Source of the DNA: Salisapilia sapeloensis CBS 127946
Taxonomy: Eukaryota; Protista; Oomycota
Direction: 5' to 3'
DNA length: 64,000 nt
Assembly (NCBI GenBank): GCA_023334545.1
Contig: JAADVB010000024.1
Span: 59,626 to 123,625, forward strand
Shown here: one piece after another, positions 10,586 to 22,273 of the stretch
How positions within the stretch are numbered: the stretch's first letter is position 1
How the letters are laid out: each line of letters begins with the position of its first letter
Notes under the pieces: model-generated
The model's input: only the letters and a program-made list of their open reading frames with translations
What the model was told of the DNA's origin: nothing
Databases searched by the model: none
Made by a program: the position numbers and the translations under genes

Positions 10586-11152
10586 TTACTCTTCTTCTTC
10601 CTCCATGTGGCCCTTCTCGCTGACGTAGATACCATCAAGGAACTTACGGATATCCTTGTCGTGGACAAGGCACGACTGCGAGATGTTAGCAGCGTCCTGG
10701 GACACCTTGGTGACGTCAATGCCGCTCAGCTCAATCTGGTCCTTGACGTCGTTCGAACGAACGTACTCGACACCAGGCGAGAGTGCAACGCGACGCACAC
10801 GCTTCTCACCGAGGAAGTTACGGATCTCCACCACGTTGTTCTCATAGTTGACGTTGATGGGAAAGTGAGCGTACACGAAGCGCATCTTGTAGCGGAAGCC
10901 GACACGGACACCCGTGATCATGTTCTCAATAAGAGAGCACACGGTACGGACGCAGGCAAGCTGCTTACGGTTGCCAAACCAAAGGTCAACGCGGATCTTC
11001 TCCTTGTTGATGCGGCGGAGGTCGAGCGTAAGGTGACGGAAGTCACGCGTGAGCGTACCGCGCTTGCCCGTCACGGTGACCTTACGGCCATCGAGCTTGA
11101 CCTTGACGTCTTCCGGGACGTCGATGTATCTCGTGGCTAACAATTGACGCAT
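10586..11152 (-). CDS. RPL9: 60S ribosomal protein L9 (uL6), intronless
   Basis: 188-aa ORF with [16 protein letters not shown] and [16 protein letters not shown]. Confidence 0.98.
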   Translation of the reverse strand: MRQLLATRYIDVPEDVKVKLDGRKVTVTGKRGTLTRDFRHLTLDLRRINKEKIRVDLWFGNRKQLACVRTVCSLIENMITGVRVGFRYKMRFVYAHFPINVNYENNVVEIRNFLGEKRVRRVALSPGVEYVRSNDVKDQIELSGIDVTKVSQDAANISQSCLVHDKDIRKFLDGIYVSEKGHMEEEEE

Positions 11153-11303
11153 CTTACTGTCTTCAAAGGGAAAGAGGAAATGAGCTGCTCGAGTATGAGC
11201 GAACCTCTGTCTACCAACCGATATTTTTATCCAATTATATGATATTGGCTGCTATATAATTGGCGGAAATAATTTGACAAGCTATTCGAACACAACGTGG
11301 AAA

Positions 11304-12204
11304 ATGGCTCCAGAACGGACGATGGACGAGACTGTCGGTACTTGAGCACGTTTGATCATGCTTTCATGGCTTGTAAAGACTTAATATGTATTGCTTATTT
11401 CGGGATGGTAGACAAGACCAAAGAGATTACCAAGAGGATGCTGACAGGAGCTGCTCTAGTCGGTATGTGTGATCTTGTTGTGTGTTATAGGAGAGGAGAT
11501 GCTTATGTTTGATGATGTAGGTGGTGCTGGCGCTAGTTGGGGGGCTGTACTTGCTGCACTGCGTAATGAAAGCATCCCGTTCTACGCAGCTTCCATGGGC
11601 ACCAACTTTTTCCTCTTCAGCTCGACTTACATCGGTATGAAGATGCCCACACTAGCACCTCTAGCAGATCCTTAACCTTTACGCAATGTTGAAACATAGC
11701 TCTGGAGGAAATCATTATTGACAAAGTAGGCAAATCCACTCCAGCAACTGGTGCTGCTGCTGGTGCCATGACTGGTGGCTTCTACGCCGGAATATTCGGT
11801 ACGTAGATATGCCTCGTCTTCGCCACTGTTTTGATGTAAACGTACAAATAGGTGGACGTGTAAGGGGTCTTCAGGGAGCTCTAGCAGGCGCTGCGATTGG
11901 AGCCGCGGCACAGTTTGGACGTACGAAGTTCAACCACTGGCGACTATCGAAAGGTCTCGAGCGATATGAAGAAAAGTACGGCAAAGCACCAGCTCAGCTC
12001 TACTATCCGGACTCTGGAAAAGCAGTGGAAAGCAAGCCTACTCCACAGCCCATCGACATCCCTTCGATCTTGCCCAATTCGAGCAAAATCTCAGAGGAAG
12101 AAATTGAGCGACGCATCCAAGTACGTTTGGAAGAGATGCGAAAGGATGCTGCTGAAGGCAAAGATCCTTTCCGAGAAAACATACAGGAGGCAATGAAGAA
12201 ATAA
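11304..12204 (+). CDS. Tim17/Tim22/Tim23-family membrane protein with charged C-terminal extension, 5 exons
   Basis: Joining GT-AG exons gives MAPERTMDETVDKTKEITKRMLTGAALVGGAGASWGAVL...TGAAAGAMTGGFYAGIFGGRVRGLQGALAGAAIGAAAQF, i.e. Gly/Ala-zipper TM helices typical of the family. Confidence 0.65.
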
Positions 12205-12261
12205 AGCGTATAATGCGTAAAACCTTCACCACTCATTCATTTCATTCAAGAAGATCATTCA

Positions 12262-15200
12262 CTATGGGAGTTCATGTGGTATTTGTGCCTTCAAGATACT
12301 CTCTTGACTTTGCGCCGCTGATGTCCATTTCGAACGCTCTTGCTTTGGTGTCCACAACTCATCTTCTTCAAATCTTTTCCCACGATACCGATTTACGTGG
12401 ACTAGTATACCTCCAATAACAAGCGCCAACACGCCCATGATACCAAACGCCATCGCAGTCCACTGAAAGGTGCGTCTTGTCTGTTTCGACTGTGTTGTCT
12501 CCTCACCTATCTTCCGAAAAGTGCCTTCATCAGCCCTTGTTACCGCAGAAAAATCCGATGCTGCATTCTCGTCGCATTGATCAAGCTTGTAGTCAAAAGC
12601 TCGTGGAATGCCGCCGGAATTGCACAACTGGCAGGAAGTGAGTCCAATACAACCAGCCACACTCTCCTTGGTCGCTGTATCACATTTTGCTTGATACTGT
12701 ATGGTAACACCTGGAATTTCAAGTCGAGTTCCCATCTCTCCACACGATTTTGGAGTCAAATCCGTAAAGCAGAGCTTCAATGGCTTGCTTCTATCTGTGA
12801 GTAGGAACTGGCAATACTGGCATGGAGTTTGTGCAATGCAATCGCCCGTCCCACCATTTAGTTCACAGTCTTCATGATGGACAGCAGAGATGCCCTCGAC
12901 CATTTTCTCATACGAAACCTCTAACGCGCACTCATTATGATTCTTTGACATTGAATTATCGTCTTGGCTAGAGACAATATCCGAGTTCCCGTCAATCGGT
13001 AGGTCGGGTGGACAAAGTGGTAGATCGGACTGAGCATAAAGTTCATCAGAAGTTGTGCATACTCGGCAAGATTCAGTTACGCAACCGTCATCATCCAAAC
13101 TGCATGTGTTGTCACGGTAAGCAGACACAACATTACCCATCGTAGGCTCCATCAGTACCATCGAGCAGTCATCCGCTCGCAATGGTTTGAATGTTTCAGT
13201 TCTATACTGTTCGTCTTCCATGTCCACGCCAACCCGTGAGCATTCGTTTAGATACCACCAAGCTGTGTCATAAGTCTGCTGGCACAGACGACACCTTCTG
13301 TCTACACAGCCGAGTCCGCCATAGCTACATGACTCGTCCAACAAAACAGCAATGCCCGTTGCTGCTTGGCTTTCCGACACGTAGCTCAAGCACTCGCTAT
13401 TTGCTGCTTTAACTAATGCCTCATCGAGTCCACCAGGACACGGAAGCAGGTGTCCAGATTTGTTAGTACTCCATGCTTTGCAAAATCGACAGTTCACTTC
13501 ATCTGCTCGGCAGCCTACGCCACCATTTTGACATGTAGCGTCAAAGTAAGATTTGATTCCATTTGCAAGATCCTCCTCCGGTACATTCTTCATGCATTGA
13601 CCGTTATCAACGACGGAGCTTCTTGTGAATGCTCTTGCTAGTTCTTTTCTCGAAGTTTGTGCTTGGTCTTCTCGTGTAAATTCATCAGACTTGGGACCGA
13701 ATGGACAAGTAACGAGACTCTGTGGAGCACTGCTTATAGCTAGCTTGCAGTACCTGCAGCTTGAGTCGAAGCAATCTGGACCATCACAGTTCTCATATTG
13801 GTACGCTAGAACACCAGCCTTTCGATTATCTTCGTCTATCGCAGACAAGCATGGGTCATCAATATCGCACCAGCTCCCATCATTTTGACCGTCATCTGGA
13901 AGCTGATTTTCATCGAAAGAAGTACTTGTCCATGAGTCCCCAGTAAGTTTTAAACTAGAGAGGACAGAAGCATCAACACTAGCAATCCCAGCGTTGTCAG
14001 GAACTTTGGCAAGCACATTTACTGATGTGCAACCATCGATAGGACAAGCGTATGTTTCAGTATCAAATTTACGACCTTCTTTCAAACGAAGCTGAAGCAG
14101 CCCGCGATCAGCTTGATAAAAGTAACAGTTGACACATGTGTTATCGTTTAGCTCACCCATGACACTAAACTCTTCTTTTGCGTGAGATTGCACAGCTTGA
14201 ACAGCAGTGCCAGCAGGGTATATGATAGAAATGGTAAAAATCTGCTCTCTTTCCGTGTTCTGCATCGACATGGTAAGATTGCTTGGGGTGTGCTGGGTAA
14301 AGTGCATCGTATACGAAGCTTGTGGTGACAAGATTGGATGGTACGAGTAGCCATTAACTTCTGAAACGAAAGCCCCACTAAGGTCCAAGTGAGGAAGTTC
14401 ACTGTTTGACGGCTCAACGTTATTTCGCAGCAATCTCAATCCACCATCCTCGCTCGAAACTGTATCGCTAGCAAAACTAGAGATTTGAAAGTTTGCGTAT
14501 TCGTGTGGGCATATAACCCCAACGAAATCTTTCTTAGCGCATTTCGATGTATAATAAAAAGCTTGATCGGACAGCAAAGATGCGGTACCATACCCTGTCA
14601 ATGACCCATCGGTATCCCGTATGAATGATGTCTTTTCTCCATCTCCATTTCGATTAGAGTCGTATAAACGATAGTTTGTTCCTTCATCAAACCTGACGTT
14701 TTGAATAAACGCGCTTATTTGCATGGACGACGCTTTGTCTGTCTTGGCACCGATGGCAGGATTGATATAGTCCAAGCATGGCTCGGAACGCCACTTTAAG
14801 AAAGTAGAATCTGTAATGTTTAAAAACCCACCATGCAATGTGATTCCCGTACGAACTTCCTCGCTACGATCAACAGCACTTTCAGTGCGCCCTTCAAGGT
14901 AGTTAAGATCTTGCCAGTCATTCTCAACCAAGTTACCACGATTCTCAGTGCCGCCGACAAAAATAGAATTCGATACATACGCTTCTGCGGCTAGTGCTGG
15001 TGCGTTTCCTTCCGTCAGCATTTTCAATCCCTCCGTAACATCAGCGATAACCCAATAGTCAATGACAACGCGGACGAGTTCAAAGTAGCCGCCATATCGA
15101 CAATGGTGTACGATCATATGACGTAGGACGGGCATCTCATCTGGACTGTATGTTTGCGGAGTTGAATAAGCAGTAGTTATAGCAACCTCCTTCTCCTCGC

Positions 15201-16500
15201 TCTCGAGGGACTCAATCTTAAACGCCATCGTCGATGAATGCACAGAGTTTCCGACGACGACTCCGAAAGATGTTTTGTATGGCTTGATATGAGCATAAAT
15301 ACCTAGTTCGAGACTTCTACCTTTGACAGTTGAATGCGTGTGTAGCCAAAAGCCAGACCCATCAACGGCAGCTACGGCGTTTCCAATCAAAGTATTGGCT
15401 GGGTTCTGGAGATAGAAGGCACTGGGAGAAAACGTCTTTTGCCTTTCTCTTTCATTAAATCGAGACTTATCTTGCACGAGGACAATCAAATTATGATAGA
15501 AGATGTTGTCATGCTCACATCCGTCTTCCAAAACAAAAGCGTGGTCTGTAATGTTGTACGCGACAAAACTTTCAACCAGTAAACCGTGAGTTGCTTGGAT
15601 ATTTACTGCTTGTGAGTTTGAATCATGAACAGAGTTTCCACGCAGGTATGCTCTTTCAGTCTCAAGAATACCGCATAAATGGAAATGAAAGGGATGACGT
15701 TCTTTTCGATCTCCTTGACCAAAGTTTTGAAGCTCAATACCTTGAATTTGAGCAGTTTGGAATCCATCCATAAACATCATGTGACCTCCAATGCGAGCAT
15801 CAGTACTTTGATTCTCCTGGCATCCTCGAAACACAATGTTTCGAGTGAGTAAACCAACTTCGGTCCTTTGGTCGACACCTTCAGTCATAAGACCAAAGTG
15901 GCTATAGGCAAGCGGACGGTCGATCTTGACGCAATCATCTTGGAACCCAACGATCGTACGCTTTTCAGTCTGATACGGGTCAAAATCGGATGATGGGATG
16001 ACGATCTCATCGCCTTCTTTCCAGTTACTTGGTGAGTTAAAAGTAAGACAAGTTGAGCCAACTTCTGCGGTATCCTGGAGCTTTGTCCAGGTATCACCGA
16101 AGCCGCGTTCGCCAAAGAGCTCAACGCTTCCTCCTCTACGTACGACGATACCCTTTCGTCGTTCGTCATCAAACGAAAGAGGTGAATTACAAGCAAGCTC
16201 AATCACAGCTTGGTGAGCATAGGGATGGTTTTCTTCTCCAATAACAAGGGACCCGCTGATGTCAATGTTGTTGACATAGAGAGTCATATCTTTTGCTGAG
16301 TCGACAGATAGAATGCCTCCAGCTTGAATTTCAAGCATACCATTGATGCGATTGGTACCGCTTAAAGTCAAGGTATCTCCATTCAGCACAATGTAGTCAC
16401 CATCTTCGGTATGATCTTGCCATGATATATTCCTGGATAACGCCATTGACGTGAAACAACATACAATGCAGAGTGATAAGAATGCATTGCAAGGGAGCAT
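12262..16500 (-). CDS. Type I membrane protein: signal peptide, G8 domain, CEMIP/TMEM2-like beta-helix, six Cys-rich repeats, TM helix
   Basis: 1412-aa ORF with hydrophobic N-terminus, G8-like Gly pattern, EVGLLTRNI, HPFHFH and HAFVLEDGCEHDN motifs, repeated GC-x4-6-CRxC units and TM segment WTAMAFGIMGVLALVIGGILVHV. Confidence 0.85.
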   Translation of the reverse strand: MLPCNAFLSLCIVCCFTSMALSRNISWQDHTEDGDYIVLNGDTLTLSGTNRINGMLEIQAGGILSVDSAKDMTLYVNNIDISGSLVIGEENHPYAHQAVIELACNSPLSFDDERRKGIVVRRGGSVELFGERGFGDTWTKLQDTAEVGSTCLTFNSPSNWKEGDEIVIPSSDFDPYQTEKRTIVGFQDDCVKIDRPLAYSHFGLMTEGVDQRTEVGLLTRNIVFRGCQENQSTDARIGGHMMFMDGFQTAQIQGIELQNFGQGDRKERHPFHFHLCGILETERAYLRGNSVHDSNSQAVNIQATHGLLVESFVAYNITDHAFVLEDGCEHDNIFYHNLIVLVQDKSRFNERERQKTFSPSAFYLQNPANTLIGNAVAAVDGSGFWLHTHSTVKGRSLELGIYAHIKPYKTSFGVVVGNSVHSSTMAFKIESLESEEKEVAITTAYSTPQTYSPDEMPVLRHMIVHHCRYGGYFELVRVVIDYWVIADVTEGLKMLTEGNAPALAAEAYVSNSIFVGGTENRGNLVENDWQDLNYLEGRTESAVDRSEEVRTGITLHGGFLNITDSTFLKWRSEPCLDYINPAIGAKTDKASSMQISAFIQNVRFDEGTNYRLYDSNRNGDGEKTSFIRDTDGSLTGYGTASLLSDQAFYYTSKCAKKDFVGVICPHEYANFQISSFASDTVSSEDGGLRLLRNNVEPSNSELPHLDLSGAFVSEVNGYSYHPILSPQASYTMHFTQHTPSNLTMSMQNTEREQIFTISIIYPAGTAVQAVQSHAKEEFSVMGELNDNTCVNCYFYQADRGLLQLRLKEGRKFDTETYACPIDGCTSVNVLAKVPDNAGIASVDASVLSSLKLTGDSWTSTSFDENQLPDDGQNDGSWCDIDDPCLSAIDEDNRKAGVLAYQYENCDGPDCFDSSCRYCKLAISSAPQSLVTCPFGPKSDEFTREDQAQTSRKELARAFTRSSVVDNGQCMKNVPEEDLANGIKSYFDATCQNGGVGCRADEVNCRFCKAWSTNKSGHLLPCPGGLDEALVKAANSECLSYVSESQAATGIAVLLDESCSYGGLGCVDRRCRLCQQTYDTAWWYLNECSRVGVDMEDEQYRTETFKPLRADDCSMVLMEPTMGNVVSAYRDNTCSLDDDGCVTESCRVCTTSDELYAQSDLPLCPPDLPIDGNSDIVSSQDDNSMSKNHNECALEVSYEKMVEGISAVHHEDCELNGGTGDCIAQTPCQYCQFLLTDRSKPLKLCFTDLTPKSCGEMGTRLEIPGVTIQYQAKCDTATKESVAGCIGLTSCQLCNSGGIPRAFDYKLDQCDENAASDFSAVTRADEGTFRKIGEETTQSKQTRRTFQWTAMAFGIMGVLALVIGGILVHVNRYRGKRFEEDELWTPKQERSKWTSAAQSQESILKAQIPHELP

Positions 16501-16977
16501 GCTGGTGACTTCGGACGTGGCGTTTGCAGCTGATGGAATGTAAAATAATGGTGGACCCAGCCTGAAATTACGTTAAGAGTGAAACCTTCAGAGTGTCTTC
16601 CTGATGCTTTGGCATCGAAATAAACGTGCTGGAGCTAGATTAGTGTAGTATCCCACATGTAAGGATAAGTAAAGGACTCAAAGCACGAGCAGAGCTCTTT
16701 CTAATAGTGTCCTTCCATCGACAGTTACGACGTGATAACTTTCCTTGATGTGTCCTATGAGACTACAGCTATAATGCACTTTTCAGCAAAGGCCGTGAAC
16801 CTGACCGAAAGCATCAAATAACATTGTAAGCATGATTCCATCGACTCAACTTTTCGATAACAAACGAACGCACTGACAAGAAATTCTTTTGCGAAGCTTT
16901 TTCGTGGTATCCTGCTTCTGCTATAACCGTCCATCATGTGTACCATCGACGGTTAAAGCTGAGAATGTCTACACTGT

Positions 16978-18546
16978 CTACACTTTGGCGGAGGTGACTG
17001 TCACATTTAGCGGACCGTTAACGCTCATAATACCTGCCGTGCTGTATGCGTAGCTAGACGGATCGCGCTCGGGTTCTAGGTCGAACCTGCTAACAATTGA
17101 TGCCAACGCAACCTTGAGCTCCATCATCGCGAGTCTCTGACCGATACAAACTCTTGCACCGCCTCCGAATGCTAAAAATTTGTATTGAGACACGGTTTCC
17201 AGCTCTCCGGTCGTCGAATTGATCCAGCGCTCAGGTTTGAAACTTGCTGCATCCTCTCCCCATTCCCGCTTCGAGCGACACATTGCATATATGGGAAAAA
17301 AGACTGGAGTTCCTTTTTTGAGCAATGTACCATCGCTTAAGACTGTGTCTTCGAGTACATTTCGCTGCAAACCCGGGGCGACTGGGTTCATGCGCAAATT
17401 CTCTCGGATTGCTGCCTCCAGATACGGTAGTACTTGCAATTGTTCCATGGACGGTATCGCGATCTCTCCGGTTAAAAGTCCTGGAAGCTTTTCACGCATC
17501 TCTTGTCTGATCTTTGCCAACACATGTGGATGTCGATTCATCATCAGAATAAACCAAGATAAACTGCTTGCAGTTGTTGATCGTGATGCTGCCAAAAAGG
17601 TGATAGCAATGTTGCGAATGAGCTCTGTGTCCAACTGCTGGTCATCCGTCAGATCGATATGTTTCACTAAAAGAGAAACAAGATCCATCGGCCTGTCTTC
17701 ATCTTCTTGATATTTGCTCTTGTTCATAATAGATTGAGCCACTACGTTTTTTGCGAAATTCGTCAAGAACTCAACGTCATGAACGACTTGTCCTTCCAGA
17801 CCAATGCGAAAGAAGCGCAAGCTCTTCCACATCCAAACTGGCATAAATTCTCGGCGAAAGAGCGTCGCGTCATAACGAGTTAAAGAAACCTTGAATGCTT
17901 GATTCACTGTTTCGAGCTCCTTGCCATCGATGCCAAAGCCGACTTCGAGAAAGACATTCGTTGTTAAAGTATCCATCACATCCTTAACATCCACACTAGC
18001 TCGCGTTTGTTGGAGCTTAGCAAGATGTTCGCATAGACTTTCTGTATGTTTTTTCGCAATAACTTGCATCTTTTCACGCAGCATCTTGATCGAGAAGAGG
18101 TTGCTGGTAATCTTGCGTTGTCTTGCCCACTCTGGACCATCCACACTGAATAGCGAATGTCCGATTGTATCTTCAATATTTGCAGTGAAGCGCTCGCCTT
18201 TGCCTATAGTGTCTGCGTGTACTTTGAGCACATCCTGCACCATTTCTGGTGAGCATACCACCGCTGTGGGAGGAAGGCCCATCAGTTGGTAACTCCATAT
18301 CTTCCAGTGATGCTTTTCAGATTGAGCAAGCATCCAGTCATGGAGAGTGGTGTAGTTTCGGATTATATCAAAGGTATTCCTGAAGAATGGTATTTTCGAG
18401 TCAGGCGCAGGCATATCGACTGCGTCGCGATCCTTTCGATCTGTTTGACTGACGATACATACCCAAGTCATTCTGAGCCCAACGAGCGCACAAGCTGCAA
18501 CCGTGAATGCCAACGTAGGTTGACTGAAGATCACGTGGCGATCCAT
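16978..18546 (-). CDS. Cytochrome P450 (CYP86/704-like clan by motif pattern)
   Basis: 522 aa with N-terminal TM anchor, ExxR (ENLR), PERW and heme motif FLAFGGGARVCIG. Confidence 0.95.
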   Translation of the reverse strand: MDRHVIFSQPTLAFTVAACALVGLRMTWVCIVSQTDRKDRDAVDMPAPDSKIPFFRNTFDIIRNYTTLHDWMLAQSEKHHWKIWSYQLMGLPPTAVVCSPEMVQDVLKVHADTIGKGERFTANIEDTIGHSLFSVDGPEWARQRKITSNLFSIKMLREKMQVIAKKHTESLCEHLAKLQQTRASVDVKDVMDTLTTNVFLEVGFGIDGKELETVNQAFKVSLTRYDATLFRREFMPVWMWKSLRFFRIGLEGQVVHDVEFLTNFAKNVVAQSIMNKSKYQEDEDRPMDLVSLLVKHIDLTDDQQLDTELIRNIAITFLAASRSTTASSLSWFILMMNRHPHVLAKIRQEMREKLPGLLTGEIAIPSMEQLQVLPYLEAAIRENLRMNPVAPGLQRNVLEDTVLSDGTLLKKGTPVFFPIYAMCRSKREWGEDAASFKPERWINSTTGELETVSQYKFLAFGGGARVCIGQRLAMMELKVALASIVSRFDLEPERDPSSYAYSTAGIMSVNGPLNVTVTSAKV

Positions 18547-20169
18547 TCCTTGCTCACTTCACTTTTAGCTTCCAGTTAGTATAGGATGAAGTCTTAGTTG
18601 GCGTTTGGCGATGAGATGGGACTTGACGCCAGCAGGGTAATATATAGTATCGCTGTGGTAAAGAGGCGGAGTCTCCTGCTATATCCGGTGGCCGATAATG
18701 GAGACCAAACACTTGCGATCTTTACAGTGAAAATGAGAGTGAATTAAATTTAGAAACTACTTCTTCAATCTGCAGATCTCTCATATCTGGTTTCTGCTCA
18801 TCATGACATCCTTCAGATCCTTGAATTTAGCCCATTTCTTCCAGGTTTTCAGCAGCACCTACTGGATTCAGGTCAGAGAGTGTAAAGAGAAAACGAAAAT
18901 AGAGAGTCCAACATGGCTGAGCCCAGATGCCGTATCCATAGAGCTCACCAACTTACCACTGATATGTCAGGCAGTGTCAAATCAACGAAATGAGGTACCC
19001 GATGGGTAGAGTGCAGTCGTCAACTGCCCACAATACTCAGTCATTTCAAGCCATGCATCCCTTATTCAGTGGCTCCATCCCAATACTAAACCATCTACAG
19101 GTATTTGAGCTCATCTAAAGTTAAGATGAGGATCAACAAGAGAGAATGATGTGATACTTTAGTGGGTTTGGTACACCCTATGAGCATGGGATGGCCGATT
19201 GTGGGAACCCAGGAACCAGAACATGATACTGAGTAGGAGAGAATAACAAGTAAATATTTCATAAAGGTTATAAAAGTGTAGTTTTACTTTTAATAGCCAC
19301 CAACTTGAAGCCACGCAAAGCTATTTGTATTCTGGTTTCCCGCTCGTTGCAGCGCCTACTGCAACCGGATCTTAAAATCCTTCCGTGCTTTCGACTGGAT
19401 CGTTGGATCCCACTTCTAGTCGGATGGCAGCACTCAACTCCACTAAAAGTCCGTTTCTACTATTAGAAAGCCCCTTGAAAGAAGAGGCGCCTTGGTAACC
19501 GAGGTAACCGCTCTCTAACGTTTCCACCGCAGAAGGATCGTACTCGGAGCTTTATGAGGATGCCATAAATTATGCTTTGTAAAATGTACTACTTGTGGTA
19601 AATTTGCAATTAGGCAAAGCAGTGTGTAGGCATTCAATGATCGAAAGATCAGTAATTTCACCCTTGGTCTATTTTGGCTAATATGTGATCCAGCATGCGA
19701 AATGTCTAGAAGGATGATGTATTCCTCCAGATATAAGAAATTCTTTCCTTCGATTCTTTCCATGAAAAGTTCCCCGTGAACTACTGCCATCTTTGGCATT
19801 CCACACGTCACACTGGACGTGTCATGGTTTCATCCCAATTTGATGCGAATTAAGATGAATGAATTGCAGCTATTGCTACAACTAAAGCCCTTCCTGGCAA
19901 TTCGAGTCATATTCTTTGATTATTTCAGCAGTACCGTTGTAGCTGTACAATTAACCGAGTATGCGCCATTCGATTCTAGTAGCAATGGGATGCATCTGCA
20001 CTACCGTATCGGAAAGAAGTTAAAAGCATGTATAAAGCATGCTTCTTGATCGAAATAAATCTTCCATAAATCTTTGCTATGAGCTTTCCTATATCCAAGT
20101 TACTTGGATAAAGCAAAAATATATTGAAAAAAACAAAAGTGTCATCCATTTTTTACTTCTTGATGCTTA

Positions 20170-22087
20170 TCACCACATGAATCGGCCAGTAGATCCATCC
20201 ACCCATTCGTACGGTCGATGGAGAAATATGTACAACGTCACAGCGTTCACGAAAAAGTAGACAGCAATGGTACTCCACAAAGCGGTCATCGACATCTGTC
20301 ATCAGTGTTAATGAGTAAGAGTAAAAAAAGTAAAGAGAACCCATAGCATACCGATCCAACATTAAGGTGGAGCATGATAAACGGCAGGAGAAAGTAACGC
20401 ATTTCGACAAGAGGAGAGGGCACTAGAGTCAACGCGACGGCGATAGCATACACCAATTTCCACAATGGCGTTCGGACTTGGCCTATCATAACATATCCAC
20501 ATCAGATAGATCCAAGAAGCAGCACATGCAATACATACGCAGCGCAGTCCACATCATCCACCCACAGTAGAGGTACAAGGGCAGAGGCACGTACTTGGCC
20601 ATTGCATGACGTAGGAAAAATCGATGCCAGACGTAGAAGATGTAATGTCGGTTGTCCGCGAGCATGAATTTGTGAACATAAGTTCCGTATCGAATCGCTA
20701 ATATTGCCCCGAGTATACTGGCGATCAAGAAAATACATCCCTTCAGCGTCTTTCCATTGCGTTGTATGGACGTTAGAAAGTTTTGGACTGTTTCAGGCTG
20801 AATGAGGCTCAGACCAAAGCCTGATGCTGCCACGACAGTAAAGTATAAGAGTTGAGCAGCATGGAAGCTGACTTCATGACTCGATTTATCACCTTTACAT
20901 TTAAATGGAAGGTCAGAGAGATAATCTAATAACGATAGATGCTTTCGTACCGACGACGATGCCTCCATTGTACAGCAGAAAGCTGGTAAAGGAGAGAATG
21001 ACGAGGATGAATGGCCAGACAATTGTCACAAGCTGCATTGCATTCGTAACGAGCACGACGATAAAGTTGACTAAGACCTGTCGGGCACTTTGGATTTCTC
21101 TACAAGTACATGAGCAGGAGAAGACAAAGTAGATAAGCTAAAATACGAACTTGGTGGAGATGACAAAGTTACGACCGATGCGGTGACCTTTCTTTGGAGA
21201 ACTACATCCTTTTATGTGAACATCATGTTGACTAGGCATATCGAAATGCATAAGTACCCGTAGATGTAATTGCCATGGGAAAGCTCCAAGCAGCGGACGA
21301 TGATGGTGCCAGTGACAAACAATACCCACAAGATATTTGTCTGACGAAAGAGTACTGCGACAGCTCCGCACTAAGGATAGATTGTATAATGGTTATTAAT
21401 ATCTTGAATGATCTAGATAGTGATCGGCATACCAGTGCACTGGGTACATACGACCTTCGTAGTGATGGAAACACTGTCAAGTCGACACGGAGGGCGAAAT
21501 AGTACATAAGGAGGACAAAGAAGATTGCTCCAGCGTCCGTGTAGAACAGAAACGAGAAGAAGAAATTAATAGGGAATAGTGTGATCATGAGTGCATGCAA
21601 AAGAGCATGCTCGTCCAAGGGCTATCGATCATGTCAAGTGAGTATTTATAACGCCATGGATGCGATCTAGACGCACCACAATTTGTCTGCGAAGAGAGGT
21701 CACTAAGAAGGCACTTCCAATCGCAAACAGCACATTCAAGCTCCTTAAATTGGCTAATGAACATGTCATCCCGAGTGTCGAAGACAACGTCGCAGTCACA
21801 TATAATCCCGGGAACGTGGTAATCTTTGAATCCCATTCTCCTATCAATGTCATCAGCCACTTGCACTATCCTCCGGTCCAAATAACGTACCAAACTCTCC
21901 TTGACAGTACTTCTGCGCCTGCGGGACATGGAATATTTCATCCTAACATCCAAAATTCCAATGAAAAATACAATCTACCTTGTCCTACAATCCCCAGTCT
22001 TACCATATACGGCTCCGGCGCGTAGACATTCACATGTGCAAGTAAAGCAGCGTATACGACAGCAAGACCGACGACGCCACTGGCCAT
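20170..22087 (-). CDS. ALG10: Dol-P-Glc alpha-1,2-glucosyltransferase ALG10/DIE2, multi-exon
   Basis: Spliced EPYM-DEIFHVPQAQKYC...WDPKITTFPGLY at the N-terminus, EMRYFLLP internally, and NAVTLYIFLHRPYEWVDGSTGRFMW* at the C-terminus. Confidence 0.92.
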
Positions 22088-22273
22088 CCTGAACATCCTA
22101 CTGCGATGGGAAGAGACGTCCCGTAAACTGACTACACTAGAACGTCCACCGTTCGGCATATATTGTAGGACACATGACAAAAACGGGGTCGGGAAAGGCG
22201 GCGATCGATCACTCGGAATTCAGACGTCCTGTAGCTTGTTCAAGCTTATTTCCATTGTATCGGAGACAAGGAC

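Noticed and set aside
10463-11140. 225-aa plus-strand ORF antisense to RPL9
   Set aside because: It shadows the RPL9 frame. Long antisense ORFs are expected from strong codon bias in highly expressed genes, and it has no motif.
18902-18916. GAGAGTCCAACATGG shared with the 63622-63699 insertion
   Set aside because: One 15-mer match is near chance expectation in 64 kb and does not extend.
19020-19240. Scattered inverted 7-8-mers and a small CTCATCT/AGATGAG hairpin
   Set aside because: Matches are short and not colinear; no supportable element.
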